Positions 1-8,513 of a stretch of DNA of 64,000 bases are shown in pieces. Both the position numbers and the translations under genes were made by a program. Positions within the stretch are counted from its first letter, which is position 1; each line of letters opens with the position of its first letter. Origin of the DNA: a virus; the IMG/VR virus record IMGVR_UViG_3300009506_000008, positions 37,021 to 101,020 of that record. The stretch is one strand, 5' to 3'. A model generated the notes under the pieces. The model ran no database searches and was not told the DNA's origin. It saw nothing but the letters and a program-made list of their open reading frames with translations.

Positions 1-8
1 ATCAAGTG

Positions 9-215
9 CTACAGTGTACCTCGGGCACCACAGTCGAGGCAACGCCACTTGAACTCTTGGTCTCCGTTCCTGTACACCACGTTCTCATGTGCCCACTTGC
101 CTTTGGCTTCAGGAGGTTTCGGATTGTTTTTGGAGCAGACGTTCCAGCCTGCATCCCCGGCTCGATCCCAGAACTTGGGTGCAATGTTCCCCGCTTGCTT
201 CGTTCTCATAGCCAT
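9..215 (-). CDS. Small hypothetical protein with C-terminal CxxC
   Basis: SD AGGAG upstream; WRCLDCGA motif; tiles with neighbours. Confidence 0.65.
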   Translation of the reverse strand: MAMRTKQAGNIAPKFWDRAGDAGWNVCSKNNPKPPEAKGKWAHENVVYRNGDQEFKWRCLDCGARGTL

Positions 216-508
216 ATCTCCTGTGGCAGATCCTTGACAGCCAGGCGCAATTCATGCAACGCGCGACGACGGCAGTAGTCAGGACTCGTGAATGCTTCCC
301 CTCCCATGGCGGGCATCCTGACGTAAATGCCGGTCCCGCCGTGAACGATGTGCGCAAGTGTGCCCTTGCGATTGACGAGCATCTTCCACTCGTTCGTCTT
401 GATGAGTGGCAGTTTCTCGTTGAGCAACGAAGCTCGCAGGTCACAGCCCTCCCTGACAGTGAAGTTATCCTTCCAATCTCCGGTGTTCCTTCCTCCGAGT
501 GGAATCAT
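206..508 (-). CDS. Hypothetical protein (100 aa)
   Basis: ATG at 508 in TAATG overlap with upstream stop, SD GGAGG. Confidence 0.75.
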   Translation of the reverse strand: MIPLGGRNTGDWKDNFTVREGCDLRASLLNEKLPLIKTNEWKMLVNRKGTLAHIVHGGTGIYVRMPAMGGEAFTSPDYCRRRALHELRLAVKDLPQEIWL

Positions 509-825
509 TATTCCACCTCCCTTATGTCCCAGAACTCGCATTTGATGTGATGTCCTAGTTGGATGGTCGCGCCGCACGCAAGGCAGGTTCCCTCTTCATC
601 GGCGCACAGGTTCGGGGCGTCCAACTCGTACACGGTCTTCCAAGTGCCGTCTCCCATGCGCTTGTCAACGCGGAGCCCCTTACTCATGTCTCCAGTCCTG
701 ACTACCGACACTCTGTAAGGCCCGTGATCGAGTTTCAAGTTGCTGTCGTGGCCTTGTGTTAGGGTCGGGAGCATCGTGATTGCATCGATCAAATGCCACG
801 GCCCAAGGTCTTGTATCTCTGTCAT
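508..825 (-). CDS. Hypothetical protein, C-terminal CxxC/HxxxC zinc finger
   Basis: ATGA overlap, SD GAGGAG; CLACG...HHIKC. Confidence 0.75.
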   Translation of the reverse strand: MTEIQDLGPWHLIDAITMLPTLTQGHDSNLKLDHGPYRVSVVRTGDMSKGLRVDKRMGDGTWKTVYELDAPNLCADEEGTCLACGATIQLGHHIKCEFWDIREVE

Positions 826-1427
826 GGCAGCAACTCCTCGGGCACCGTGTCTGGCCTCACGATAGCGATCCACCTCGAACCGATGATCTGGTCGTACGTT
901 GCCGAGATGAGGACTTGTGTTTCATCGTCTCTGAAGATCGCCTTGAAGTGGATATCGGACAGGTGAAACATCATCAGCTTAATACGGTTGAGGACTTCCT
1001 CCGTGGGCTGGACGTACCCGTAGCAGTAACCACGGCCCCCGGAGATCGAGATCATGGGACCGATCCGCACCACACGCCCCTCCGAGTTCTTCCACAAATG
1101 AGCTGGAAGCGTTTCCTCTTTCCCCGAGCGGATCCACTTGGTGAAGACTTCCTTGAAGTCGGTGTACTGAGGAAACAGGAGGGGACGATCACCGAAGAGT
1201 TCGATGTCGCCGTTTTCCAACCCGATGCCGTAGGTCAAGGCTACTCTATCCCACTCGTCATCGTCGCCGCTGGGTACGATGAACCACTTGATCCTGTGAC
1301 CTTCTGGCATGTTGTCTGCTGGAGTGACACACAACTGATGTCCCTTGGGAATGAGTTTTGGTTCTCCTCCTTCCCAAGGCAGGCGTGTGTCGATGTCCCG
1401 AGTGGCCCTTCCGTAGAATCTATCCAT
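822..1427 (-). CDS. Hypothetical protein (201 aa)
   Basis: SD GAGGAGGAG; tiles operon. Confidence 0.8.
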   Translation of the reverse strand: MDRFYGRATRDIDTRLPWEGGEPKLIPKGHQLCVTPADNMPEGHRIKWFIVPSGDDDEWDRVALTYGIGLENGDIELFGDRPLLFPQYTDFKEVFTKWIRSGKEETLPAHLWKNSEGRVVRIGPMISISGGRGYCYGYVQPTEEVLNRIKLMMFHLSDIHFKAIFRDDETQVLISATYDQIIGSRWIAIVRPDTVPEELLP

Positions 1428-1647
1428 GCTTCTCCTCCTCTGAGGACACCTCTTGGCGGCGTTTCAACTGCTCGAAAGTTACTCCGCGAAGGGGTCCGTA
1501 GTCATGTCGCAATGGATTGTCTGGTTCGAGGAATCCGGTCTGGAGAACTGTTCGGCTCTGGCGGAGTCTCGCCACGTACTTGCTTCTGGCGTACCTGGAG
1601 ACACGTTCCGCTTTCTTCGAGAGCCAGTACCAGAATGTTTCTCTCAT
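1420..1647 (-). CDS. Basic hypothetical protein (75 aa)
   Basis: ATGA overlap, SD GGAGG. Confidence 0.65.
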   Translation of the reverse strand: MRETFWYWLSKKAERVSRYARSKYVARLRQSRTVLQTGFLEPDNPLRHDYGPLRGVTFEQLKRRQEVSSEEEKHG

Positions 1648-2045
1648 TCCAAACCCTCCTCCAACTTCGACGTTCTCGGGTTTCTCCCCAGCCAAGCCGT
1701 AGCCGCCACGACCCAGGCTCCGCTGAAGTTCTTCTGGATGTACTCCCAGACATCGTGTTTGGAAATGTCCGGGTTGGCAGAGTGTGTCCAGTGGATGCGG
1801 TCACCGGCGAGGTCGCGAATGAAAGCGGCGTCGTTGATGAGCTCGTCGGCGTACCATCCAGACAGGTCCGTCACTCCGTCACGGCGGGCCTTGCGAAGTT
1901 TCTTGGTAGCTTCCTCGGAGAATGCGTGTCCATCCTCAAGGAACTCCTCAGCCTCCGTGGAGGCTGTCTCAAAGGCAGCGTCTTCCAATGCTCCTTTGAT
2001 GGCGTGTGCAACGTCTTCCGCTGACTTATACTTCTCACCGTACAT
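1644..2045 (-). CDS. Hypothetical helical protein (133 aa)
   Basis: SD AGGAG preceded by the repeated hairpin element. Confidence 0.8.
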   Translation of the reverse strand: MYGEKYKSAEDVAHAIKGALEDAAFETASTEAEEFLEDGHAFSEEATKKLRKARRDGVTDLSGWYADELINDAAFIRDLAGDRIHWTHSANPDISKHDVWEYIQKNFSGAWVVAATAWLGRNPRTSKLEEGLE

Positions 2046-2144
2046 GGACCTACTCCTTTCTCCCTGCTTCAGCAGGGCTGTGGGGTTGAACATCCTATGC
2101 TGCCCCCCTCCTGAGAGGGGGACAGGAAGAAGGCTCAACCAGAA

Positions 2145-2819
2145 CTACTTGTCTTTCCAGAGCACCCGAGCTTCGACCGGCACCACCCTCATTTCTGTAG
2201 GGAACAGGCGGATCTGACCCGTCGCGAGAAGCACTCCCTTGGAAGTGTTGACTCCCAACATCTGACGCTTCTTGATGGTAACGTATACCTGGCACGTTTC
2301 CATCTTCATGTACACGTCATTTCTGTCGGGTTCCCGAAAGCACTGTCCATACTCGATGGAGTCGATGCACTCCGTCTCGATCAGTACATTTTCGCACTCG
2401 ACTTTCATTCTTTTGGTCTCCTCCCCCGAGGTGTTTATCCCATCTTCACAATGAGCGTCTCGGATTCGTTCGGTGTTGAGTTTGTTGACCGAGTCCATGT
2501 TGCAGAAATGAATCCCGCGAGGTCGGAACCCGGTGATCGTGTGACCGGATGCTGGCATGAGCATGTACACCTCAGGATCTACGGTGATCTTGCTCTCGCT
2601 GAGAGTCCTCCGGTAGTAGTCCTCCCAACTTGCCATAGAGGAGGGGCTCTGGCGTATGGCTCGTTCCATCTCCGTCGTTTCTCTGTGAAGATGATGTGCC
2701 AAGAGGTCTACCCAGTTGGGCTTGTCGATCCTGGACAGCATCTTGGCTGTGTTGGAGATGCGGCAGAAGCCATACCCCGTGAGCCTTTCGGCATCGAGGT
2801 TGGGGAATTTAGAGCTCAT
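2145..2819 (-). CDS. Hypothetical protein (224 aa) with probable internal in-frame start at 2408
   Basis: Start MSSKFP overlaps upstream gene; second strong SD GGGGGAGGAG before ATG 2408. Confidence 0.65.
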   Translation of the reverse strand: MSSKFPNLDAERLTGYGFCRISNTAKMLSRIDKPNWVDLLAHHLHRETTEMERAIRQSPSSMASWEDYYRRTLSESKITVDPEVYMLMPASGHTITGFRPRGIHFCNMDSVNKLNTERIRDAHCEDGINTSGEETKRMKVECENVLIETECIDSIEYGQCFREPDRNDVYMKMETCQVYVTIKKRQMLGVNTSKGVLLATGQIRLFPTEMRVVPVEARVLWKDK

Positions 2820-3204
2820 CGAACTCGCTCGCTGCCACTTCGTTGGTCTTGACGGTGTACTCAACCGACCGTTCGCAGTGGACGCACTTGACGTCGATGC
2901 TCGCCTCCAACCAGAAGAGGCGCTTGGCGTACCTGCCGCCGCCCTTCTCCATGACCTCGAACTCGGGTTCGTCCACTTCCTCGAACTCTTGGTCTTCCTC
3001 GTCGCAGTCAGGGCACTCGAAGTCCTCGCTGATGGAGAAGAACGCTTCCTTCTTCTCTTCAGCACAGCACTCCGACAACCTAGCCAGCCGGATCTCCGCT
3101 TCCAGGTGGCCCCCCTCTGTCTCGAAGTCCCAACTCTGAACTTCGGGTTCGCCCTCTTCCAGTGAGCAGAATGTGTTGCAGTTGTCACATCTCGTTGCGG
3201 CCAT
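2809..3204 (-). CDS. Highly acidic cysteine-containing protein
   Basis: 38 of 131 residues D/E; CDNC, CPDC, CVHC; SD GAGGAGG. Confidence 0.8.
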   Translation of the reverse strand: MAATRCDNCNTFCSLEEGEPEVQSWDFETEGGHLEAEIRLARLSECCAEEKKEAFFSISEDFECPDCDEEDQEFEEVDEPEFEVMEKGGGRYAKRLFWLEASIDVKCVHCERSVEYTVKTNEVAASEFDEL

Positions 3205-3216
3205 GTGTACCTCCTC

Positions 3217-3708
3217 TCAGGTTTGTGGCAAGACACCCTTGCCGTGGTAGGAATAGTAATCATCGGTGCCGTCGCCGATGATCACGTGGTCCAGCAACCG
3301 CAGTCCCAGCAGGAAGCACCCCTGTTGGAGGCGTGTCGTTAGCTGGTTGTCCTCGTCGCTGGGATCTGCATGACCGGTGGGATGGTTGTGGATCAGGACA
3401 ATGCCGTGTGCTTTGAGCACAAGAGCGGGACCAAACACTTCCCTGGGGTGTACCAAAGTTCCGCTCAGTGTCCCTACCGATGTGGTGTAGATGCCGATGG
3501 CATGGTTGCGTGCATCGACAGCAATGACAGCGAACTGTTCACATCCGTTGTCTTGGAGATGCTGCCGTGCGATCTGCACCACAACGCTACTGTGATTGAT
3601 CTTCGGTAAGGACAGGGCTGGCGGTCCCTCTCGTACCATGCTGATCCTGTACGAGGGAATTTCAATGTACTTCGGGGACATCTTTGGAGCCGGTTTTGTC
3701 CTCGCCAT
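3217..3708 (-). CDS. RadC-family JAB/MPN domain protein
   Basis: VGTLSGTLVHPREVF, HNHPTGHADPSDED (HxH-x10-D metal site) and LLDHVII motifs typical of RadC. Confidence 0.92.
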   Translation of the reverse strand: MARTKPAPKMSPKYIEIPSYRISMVREGPPALSLPKINHSSVVVQIARQHLQDNGCEQFAVIAVDARNHAIGIYTTSVGTLSGTLVHPREVFGPALVLKAHGIVLIHNHPTGHADPSDEDNQLTTRLQQGCFLLGLRLLDHVIIGDGTDDYYSYHGKGVLPQT

Positions 3709-4220
3709 CAGCGCATCGCCTCCTTGAGTTCGTTCGTTACCTTCCAGCACTTATGCCATCCCCATCCCAGTGCCGTCTGCATGTGGAATCGCAGTCGGGA
3801 CCGGATGGCGCCAGGTTTCTTCTCTTCCAGAAGCCCGACGACTTCCTCTGGTGCTTGAAGGATGATCCGAACGATCTCTTGAGCCTCCGCTGACAGGCTC
3901 GCTATCGTTTCCTTGAACGCTAGCTCTGCGAACGGGCTGGGCCCGTTCTCCCTGTCAGGGATCTCGTCCACCAACTCCTCGTGGAAGTTCCTCACGTGCT
4001 CGTTCTGTGCCCAGGTAATCAGCGCGTTCTCCACACACTTGTACACCCAGGTGTTGATCGAGGACTTCTCATCGTCGTAGCTGCCCAACGCTACGGCAAA
4101 GGCGACCAGGGCTTCCGACTCCAACTCGTCGTAGGGCAACCCTGTGGTTTGAGCAAAGGACCGAGCCCTGGCTCTAACCAATCCGATTAACTCTGGCGTC
4201 ACTACAATCCCTTCACTCAT
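3708..4220 (-). CDS. Phage sigma70-family (ECF-size) sigma factor-like protein
   Basis: Region 2-like ELESEALVAFAVALGSYDDEKSSINTWVYKCVENALI; region 4-like IASLSAEAQEIV followed by a degenerate HTH. Confidence 0.75.
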   Translation of the reverse strand: MSEGIVVTPELIGLVRARARSFAQTTGLPYDELESEALVAFAVALGSYDDEKSSINTWVYKCVENALITWAQNEHVRNFHEELVDEIPDRENGPSPFAELAFKETIASLSAEAQEIVRIILQAPEEVVGLLEEKKPGAIRSRLRFHMQTALGWGWHKCWKVTNELKEAMR

Positions 4221-4307
4221 GCTACTCCTCTCTCCCAGGTTCTCCTGGGCTGTGGGGTGAGACTTTATCAGAAGGGACGAAGTCACCCTCGTCCCCTCTG
4301 GAATGCC

Positions 4308-4520
4308 TCACATAAGGGTGAACTGCATTGTGCAATTGACACACGTGAAAGAACCGTTGCCGTTGGTAGGCGGGCAGTATCCATCCAACGGTTCGTCTAT
4401 GTCCTTGGAATACTTTCGAGCTAAGTGATTCTCGTGTTCGCAGTGAGGGCAGTGTGCGTATACCAATAACATCAACTTCTTTGGAGTCGGTTTCATTTGC
4501 CTCTTGCGTGTTCTCGCCAT
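4308..4520 (-). CDS. Zinc-ribbon protein with basic N-terminus
   Basis: CPHC...CVNC; MARTRKRQ; SD GGAGG. Confidence 0.7.
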   Translation of the reverse strand: MARTRKRQMKPTPKKLMLLVYAHCPHCEHENHLARKYSKDIDEPLDGYCPPTNGNGSFTCVNCTMQFTLM

Positions 4521-4831
4521 TTCCGCCTCCATTCTTTGTTGAATCCTACCCTGATACCCTCCTCGTACACGTCCCAGACATCATAGGGTTTGATCTGCTG
4601 TGCATCGTTGAGATCGCTGGCCGTGAACTCGAACGGGGAGAACTGGCGATTGTTCTCCTCGGCTTGCCAGCACCGGTGGAGGAAGACTACCTCCTGGTCG
4701 TTCTTGTCTTCCACGATCTTAATGTCAAGATCGTGGTCGTCAATCTCTTCCCCGATCTCAGGGAAGTCCTGGTAACTGGCAATGCTTTCTCCTCTGTCGC
4801 GGCCTTCTTCATAGATTTCTTTCTTGTTCAT
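4493..4831 (-). CDS. Acidic hypothetical protein (112 aa)
   Basis: SD GAGGAGG; ATGA overlap. Confidence 0.8.
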   Translation of the reverse strand: MNKKEIYEEGRDRGESIASYQDFPEIGEEIDDHDLDIKIVEDKNDQEVVFLHRCWQAEENNRQFSPFEFTASDLNDAQQIKPYDVWDVYEEGIRVGFNKEWRRKWREHARGK

Positions 4832-5031
4832 GTTCCCTCCTCATGCACCATCCTGTGCGTTTCCTCCTTGTGGAAGTTGAAGTACGAGAACAACCGGAAC
4901 CTGTCCCAACCCAGCGTGCGTCGGCAGTGTCTGATAGCACCGCGCACTGTCTTGAGTTGAAAGAGAACCCTGTGACTCGTTCCCAACGGTTCCTTTCCCT
5001 CATCGTTTGGAACGTAAGCGTAGAATCTCAT
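4828..5031 (-). CDS. Hypothetical protein (67 aa)
   Basis: SD GGGGAG; tiles operon. Confidence 0.7.
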   Translation of the reverse strand: MRFYAYVPNDEGKEPLGTSHRVLFQLKTVRGAIRHCRRTLGWDRFRLFSYFNFHKEETHRMVHEEGT

Positions 5032-5033
5032 CG

Positions 5034-5276
5034 TCACTCCCCCTTGTAACAATCATCGAGGTTGTGGTTGGCTCTGTCTGTCTCAGGGACAATCGTTACC
5101 AACCCCAAGTCCTCGATTTTGGTCGTTCCCGGCTCGAACCAATAGCCGGGACCGTCGTAGTCAGCGTCCAATGGATCGGTGCTGACCTCCATTGCTTGCA
5201 TGGCATCGACACTAACCAATCTAGTGACGAGTTCTCCATGCCTGTTAGTGCCTCTGAACATTCGGTACTTGTTCAT
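5034..5276 (-). CDS. Hypothetical protein (80 aa)
   Basis: SD AGGAGG preceded by the repeated hairpin element. Confidence 0.75.
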   Translation of the reverse strand: MNKYRMFRGTNRHGELVTRLVSVDAMQAMEVSTDPLDADYDGPGYWFEPGTTKIEDLGLVTIVPETDRANHNLDDCYKGE

Positions 5277-5367
5277 GCGATCCTCCTCTTGACTGTGCTC
5301 CTTCAGGAGCAGGTTGAGAAACCGAGGAAGGGGACGAGGTGACTCGTCCCCTCGACTGCGCCTCAAC

Positions 5368-5577
5368 CTACTTGCTGAGCTTCTTGATAAGCGAGAGTCG
5401 CTTGGTCTTGCAGCAATTCTCACCCCCATCCTCATATCCACAGGAGAGGCACACATCCATATTGGCCGGGTTGTTCGGACAGTTCTCCATGTGCCTGTGG
5501 AACTTGGTTGCGTCCTCCCGACCTCGTTCATCCTTGTCGCACTTGATTGTTTTGGAACAGAACACGCAGAACATCAT
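5368..5577 (-). CDS. Cys/His-rich zinc-finger microprotein
   Basis: CVFC, HMENC, CLSC, CC; SD GGAGG. Confidence 0.7.
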   Translation of the reverse strand: MMFCVFCSKTIKCDKDERGREDATKFHRHMENCPNNPANMDVCLSCGYEDGGENCCKTKRLSLIKKLSK

Positions 5578-6074
5578 CAGTCCTCCCACAGTATGCTGAG
5601 GTCTTTGCTGATGACCCCAAGCCGAACCTTGTCACCGCCGTGCTCCTTCATCCAGACAATGTAGTCCATGATCGACACACGGGACAGACCTTTCCACTCC
5701 GGGTCTGTCTTGTGCTTGAGAAGCAGAGCTTGGAAAGCACCCGTTACGCCGGCCAACAGGAAGTCGTCGGGCTCTGGACACTTGCTCTCTTGACCGTTCT
5801 CGATGAGGGGATCGGGCATTGGACAGTTGATTGCGAGTCTCCAATCTTCCTCGAACGCTGCCCTGGCGTCGATTACCGGGCACCCGACCATGTCAGGGTA
5901 GCTACCCTTCTCGCCGTTCTGGAGAGCTTTGACAAAGGATTCTGGAGAGTCATACCCGCTGATGCGGTATGTCGTACGTGGTCTGCCGTGCTGAGCTCCG
6001 TAAGAATCATCCTTGGAGCACTCTACTCCGTGCCCTCCCAACCCGAAGGACACCAAATGTGCAATGTCAGCCAT
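5577..6074 (-). CDS. Hypothetical protein (165 aa)
   Basis: SD AGGAG; tiles operon. Confidence 0.8.
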   Translation of the reverse strand: MADIAHLVSFGLGGHGVECSKDDSYGAQHGRPRTTYRISGYDSPESFVKALQNGEKGSYPDMVGCPVIDARAAFEEDWRLAINCPMPDPLIENGQESKCPEPDDFLLAGVTGAFQALLLKHKTDPEWKGLSRVSIMDYIVWMKEHGGDKVRLGVISKDLSILWED

Positions 6075-6408
6075 CTCCTACCTCCTTCTGAATAATGCTC
6101 CGCGTGATGCGAAGCAGTTCGTTGATCTCTTCCAGCATGGCATCGTCCATTCGCTCGGGATTTCTGTTGACGAGTTCCTCGATGCGCTTGGTAACATATT
6201 CCCAATGCCGTTGTGCCAGGAGTTTCCGGGCCGCGGCCTCCAAGATGTGGACGGGCTTGCCGAAGATACCAGCTTCGTCATAACTCCAGACGTAGTAGCT
6301 GGTACCTATCTGCAACTTCCTCAGCTTGTCCGCCCAATCTTCTGGGACCGCGTAGTCGTAATTCTTCAGGGAGGTGTAATTGTTGATGACGTCTAGGCTG
6401 GTTACCAT
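6067..6408 (-). CDS. Hypothetical protein (113 aa)
   Basis: SD AGGAGGAG directly after the WGAA hairpin. Confidence 0.8.
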   Translation of the reverse strand: MVTSLDVINNYTSLKNYDYAVPEDWADKLRKLQIGTSYYVWSYDEAGIFGKPVHILEAAARKLLAQRHWEYVTKRIEELVNRNPERMDDAMLEEINELLRITRSIIQKEVGDG

Positions 6409-6494
6409 GCGCTCCTCCTTGCCTCTTCAGAGGCACTAGGGGTTGTTGGCCGAACGATCTTACCCCCAACCGAAGTTGGGGGCAAGGGCGAGGG

Positions 6495-6701
6495 TCAACG
6501 ACCGTAGGCTCCGTTATCCAGCGCGAACTGGGCCGCTTCGCGGGAAGGATAGTAACCAGATTCTCTGGAGATCGGGCCGCACTGTTCGCACCAATACCCG
6601 ATGTAATAGGCATTGGAACGACAGATTTGGATCTTCAGCTTCGCGCCACACTCAATGCACGTTGTCTCCGTTCCACCTAGTGTTTCACCGGGCAGTGTCA
6701 A
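6495..6701 (-). CDS. Zinc-finger protein (TTG start)
   Basis: SD GAGGAGG 7 nt before TTG; CIECG...CEQCGPISRES. Confidence 0.7.
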   Translation of the reverse strand: MTLPGETLGGTETTCIECGAKLKIQICRSNAYYIGYWCEQCGPISRESGYYPSREAAQFALDNGAYGR

Positions 6702-6919
6702 TGTACTACCTCCTCGTTGATGTTGATGTTGATGGTGCCTTTCTTTCCTATCAGACTGATCTCGATCTCTGTGGCTCCGAGATCCGTGAGACGTGTGATG
6801 AGCTCGTCCACGCATTGCTCGAAGGGCTGTCCCAGAGTCGGATCGGCACCAGTGCGCCCGTCCTCGAAACACCAGACGAGCCTGTTGGTGTACGATTCTT
6901 GGTAGACGTAAACGTACAT
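6698..6919 (-). CDS. Hypothetical protein (73 aa)
   Basis: TGATG overlap with upstream stop. Confidence 0.7.
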   Translation of the reverse strand: MYVYVYQESYTNRLVWCFEDGRTGADPTLGQPFEQCVDELITRLTDLGATEIEISLIGKKGTINININEEVVH

Positions 6920-7116
6920 CAGTCCACCTTGATCCCGTCCCACAGATCCTCCTTGATCTGCTTTTCCACTGCGTCACACAGATAACGCAGTTGGGAGACG
7001 GCCTTCTTGATGAGTCCGACGTTGCCAGATCCCCAAGACATCTTGAGATCGGCGGCCATGTTCTCCGCTAGATCCAACAGTCCCGTGATTTGTTCTCGCT
7101 TCGTTGGCTGGACCAC
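6919..7116 (-). CDS. Small helical hypothetical protein (GTG start)
   Basis: SD AAGGAGG. Confidence 0.7.
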   Translation of the reverse strand: MVQPTKREQITGLLDLAENMAADLKMSWGSGNVGLIKKAVSQLRYLCDAVEKQIKEDLWDGIKVD

Positions 7117-7117
7117 T

Positions 7118-7273
7118 CTAGTCCTCCTTGGTTACGTTGGGAACCAGTGCGCACACAAACGCAAGCAATGCCAACAGTCCACCTCCCACGTAGTCGAAAG
7201 AGGAAGTGACATGCTTGTACGCACTGATTGCAATGAATGCTGACAGTGCATAGAACACGATCTTGAAGATCAT
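7118..7273 (-). CDS. Small membrane protein, two predicted TM helices
   Basis: MIFKIVFYALSAFIAISAY...GGGLLALLAFVCALV; ATGA overlap. Confidence 0.65.
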   Translation of the reverse strand: MIFKIVFYALSAFIAISAYKHVTSSFDYVGGGLLALLAFVCALVPNVTKED

Positions 7274-7407
7274 CTCGACACGATCCAGGTGTGCTGTATG
7301 CGCTGGCGCACCGTGCCGTTTGCTGTGCTGAAGACTACCAGGTAGTCCCCAGCCGTTCTGACCGCATACGCGATCTTCTGCATGATTCTCCAGGCTTTGT
7401 CCTTCAT
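7270..7407 (-). CDS. 45-aa hypothetical protein (below ORF-track cutoff)
   Basis: SD AGGAGGT; MKDKAWRIMQKIAYAVRTAGDYLVVFSTANGTVRQRIQHTWIVSR. Confidence 0.65.
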   Translation of the reverse strand: MKDKAWRIMQKIAYAVRTAGDYLVVFSTANGTVRQRIQHTWIVSR

Positions 7408-7585
7408 GATACACCTCCTCTTGGTTGTGCCCCTTCTGGGGCAGGGTGGAGAGAGATGGTCTCAATGCTGCCCTGGTTTTTCCCGGTTTAGGCGAACCGG
7501 CACCAGGGCAGGATGAAACTACCTCATCTCGTACCTCCTTTGGTTGCTTGTCGTTCTCAATGAACGCAGCCGAACTGCTTGAGCT

Positions 7586-7798
7586 CTACTTCTTCTTGCG
7601 GTTGACGTTGAGGGAGACGATCACGTCGGCGTGACCGGGAACCGCCGCGAAGCCCGAGGTGGTCGCGATCATGTGCGTCTTCCCAGACTTGGTGGGACCG
7701 TTGTCCTGGGACAGGTCGAACTCCAGGGTGAGCTTGTTGCCGTCCACGGTAGCGACGACGTTGGTTCCCAGCTCGGTGGTGTCTTTTGCGCGTGCCAT
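7586..7798 (-). CDS. Small beta-rich basic protein, possible nucleic-acid binder
   Basis: GNKLTLEFDL..GPTKSGKT.MIATTSG pattern; strongly C/G-ending codons; flanked by hairpins. Confidence 0.8.
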   Translation of the reverse strand: MARAKDTTELGTNVVATVDGNKLTLEFDLSQDNGPTKSGKTHMIATTSGFAAVPGHADVIVSLNVNRKKK

Positions 7799-7858
7799 GG
7801 TAGATCCTTTCTGGGCATCAGCCCTTGTTTTGGGGCAACGTTGCCCCGGTTGGTGGAA

Positions 7859-8119
7859 CTAGCCTTTGAAGCCGAACTCTTTCTTGAGAGCCGCAAGGAC
7901 GGCGGGTTTCATGACGGTCTTCCACTCCTGGTAAATCTTGTACCCGGAGCGTTCAGCGAACACGTCCTCCGCGCTGATGTTTGCACGAAGAAAGCTCTCC
8001 AGGTCCTTGTGAGGCTCGGCCAATTCGATGATCTCTTTGATCTCCAGGCACTCGTAAAGCGAAGTGCAAGGACCAAAGCAATCCTTGACCTTCAGCGCCG
8101 TCTGTTCCGTCATGTCCAT
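7859..8119 (-). CDS. Hypothetical protein (86 aa)
   Basis: TGATG overlap, SD GGAGG. Confidence 0.75.
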   Translation of the reverse strand: MDMTEQTALKVKDCFGPCTSLYECLEIKEIIELAEPHKDLESFLRANISAEDVFAERSGYKIYQEWKTVMKPAVLAALKKEFGFKG

Positions 8120-8499
8120 CAGTCTTCCTCCGCTTTGGAGCCCCGCTGCTTGGCTCGTTCTGCCCTGGTCTCCCGTGCTCGGGCGATGAGTTCCATCATC
8201 TTCTGGAGGAGTTCCCCGCCATCTTCGGCAGACATCTCCAGCAGAACACAGTTGAGATTGAGTCCGTAGTACAGCTCATGTCCCAACTCGGCGGTCATCT
8301 TGCACACGCGACCGACCATGTCATCGAGTCCAGCAGGAATCGGGAGCTCCAACGTCTTCGTTTCCGCCAGAGCGATGTTCCGTTCTGTACCACATGCGCC
8401 CGATCCGTACTGGTGAGGGCAGCGCATGATACGAACGTTTACCCAACGCTTGCATTTTGGACACTTCCACAAGTCTACCTTTGTGGGCCTTCCCATCAT
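8119..8499 (-). CDS. Zinc-finger protein with helical C-terminus
   Basis: WKCPKC...RCP...CGT; SD AAGGAGG. Confidence 0.75.
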   Translation of the reverse strand: MMGRPTKVDLWKCPKCKRWVNVRIMRCPHQYGSGACGTERNIALAETKTLELPIPAGLDDMVGRVCKMTAELGHELYYGLNLNCVLLEMSAEDGGELLQKMMELIARARETRAERAKQRGSKAEED

Positions 8500-8513
8500 T
8501 ATACTGCCCTCCT

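Noticed and set aside
780-2024. 414-aa plus-strand ORF and other long plus-strand ORFs in 1-11.7 kb
   Set aside because: Antisense shadows of tightly tiled minus-strand genes that have SDs and stop/start overlaps
6420-6435. Hammerhead ribozyme core (CTGAAGA on the minus strand)
   Set aside because: No stem II followed by GAAA; the bases are used in the simple 6-bp hairpin shared with other copies
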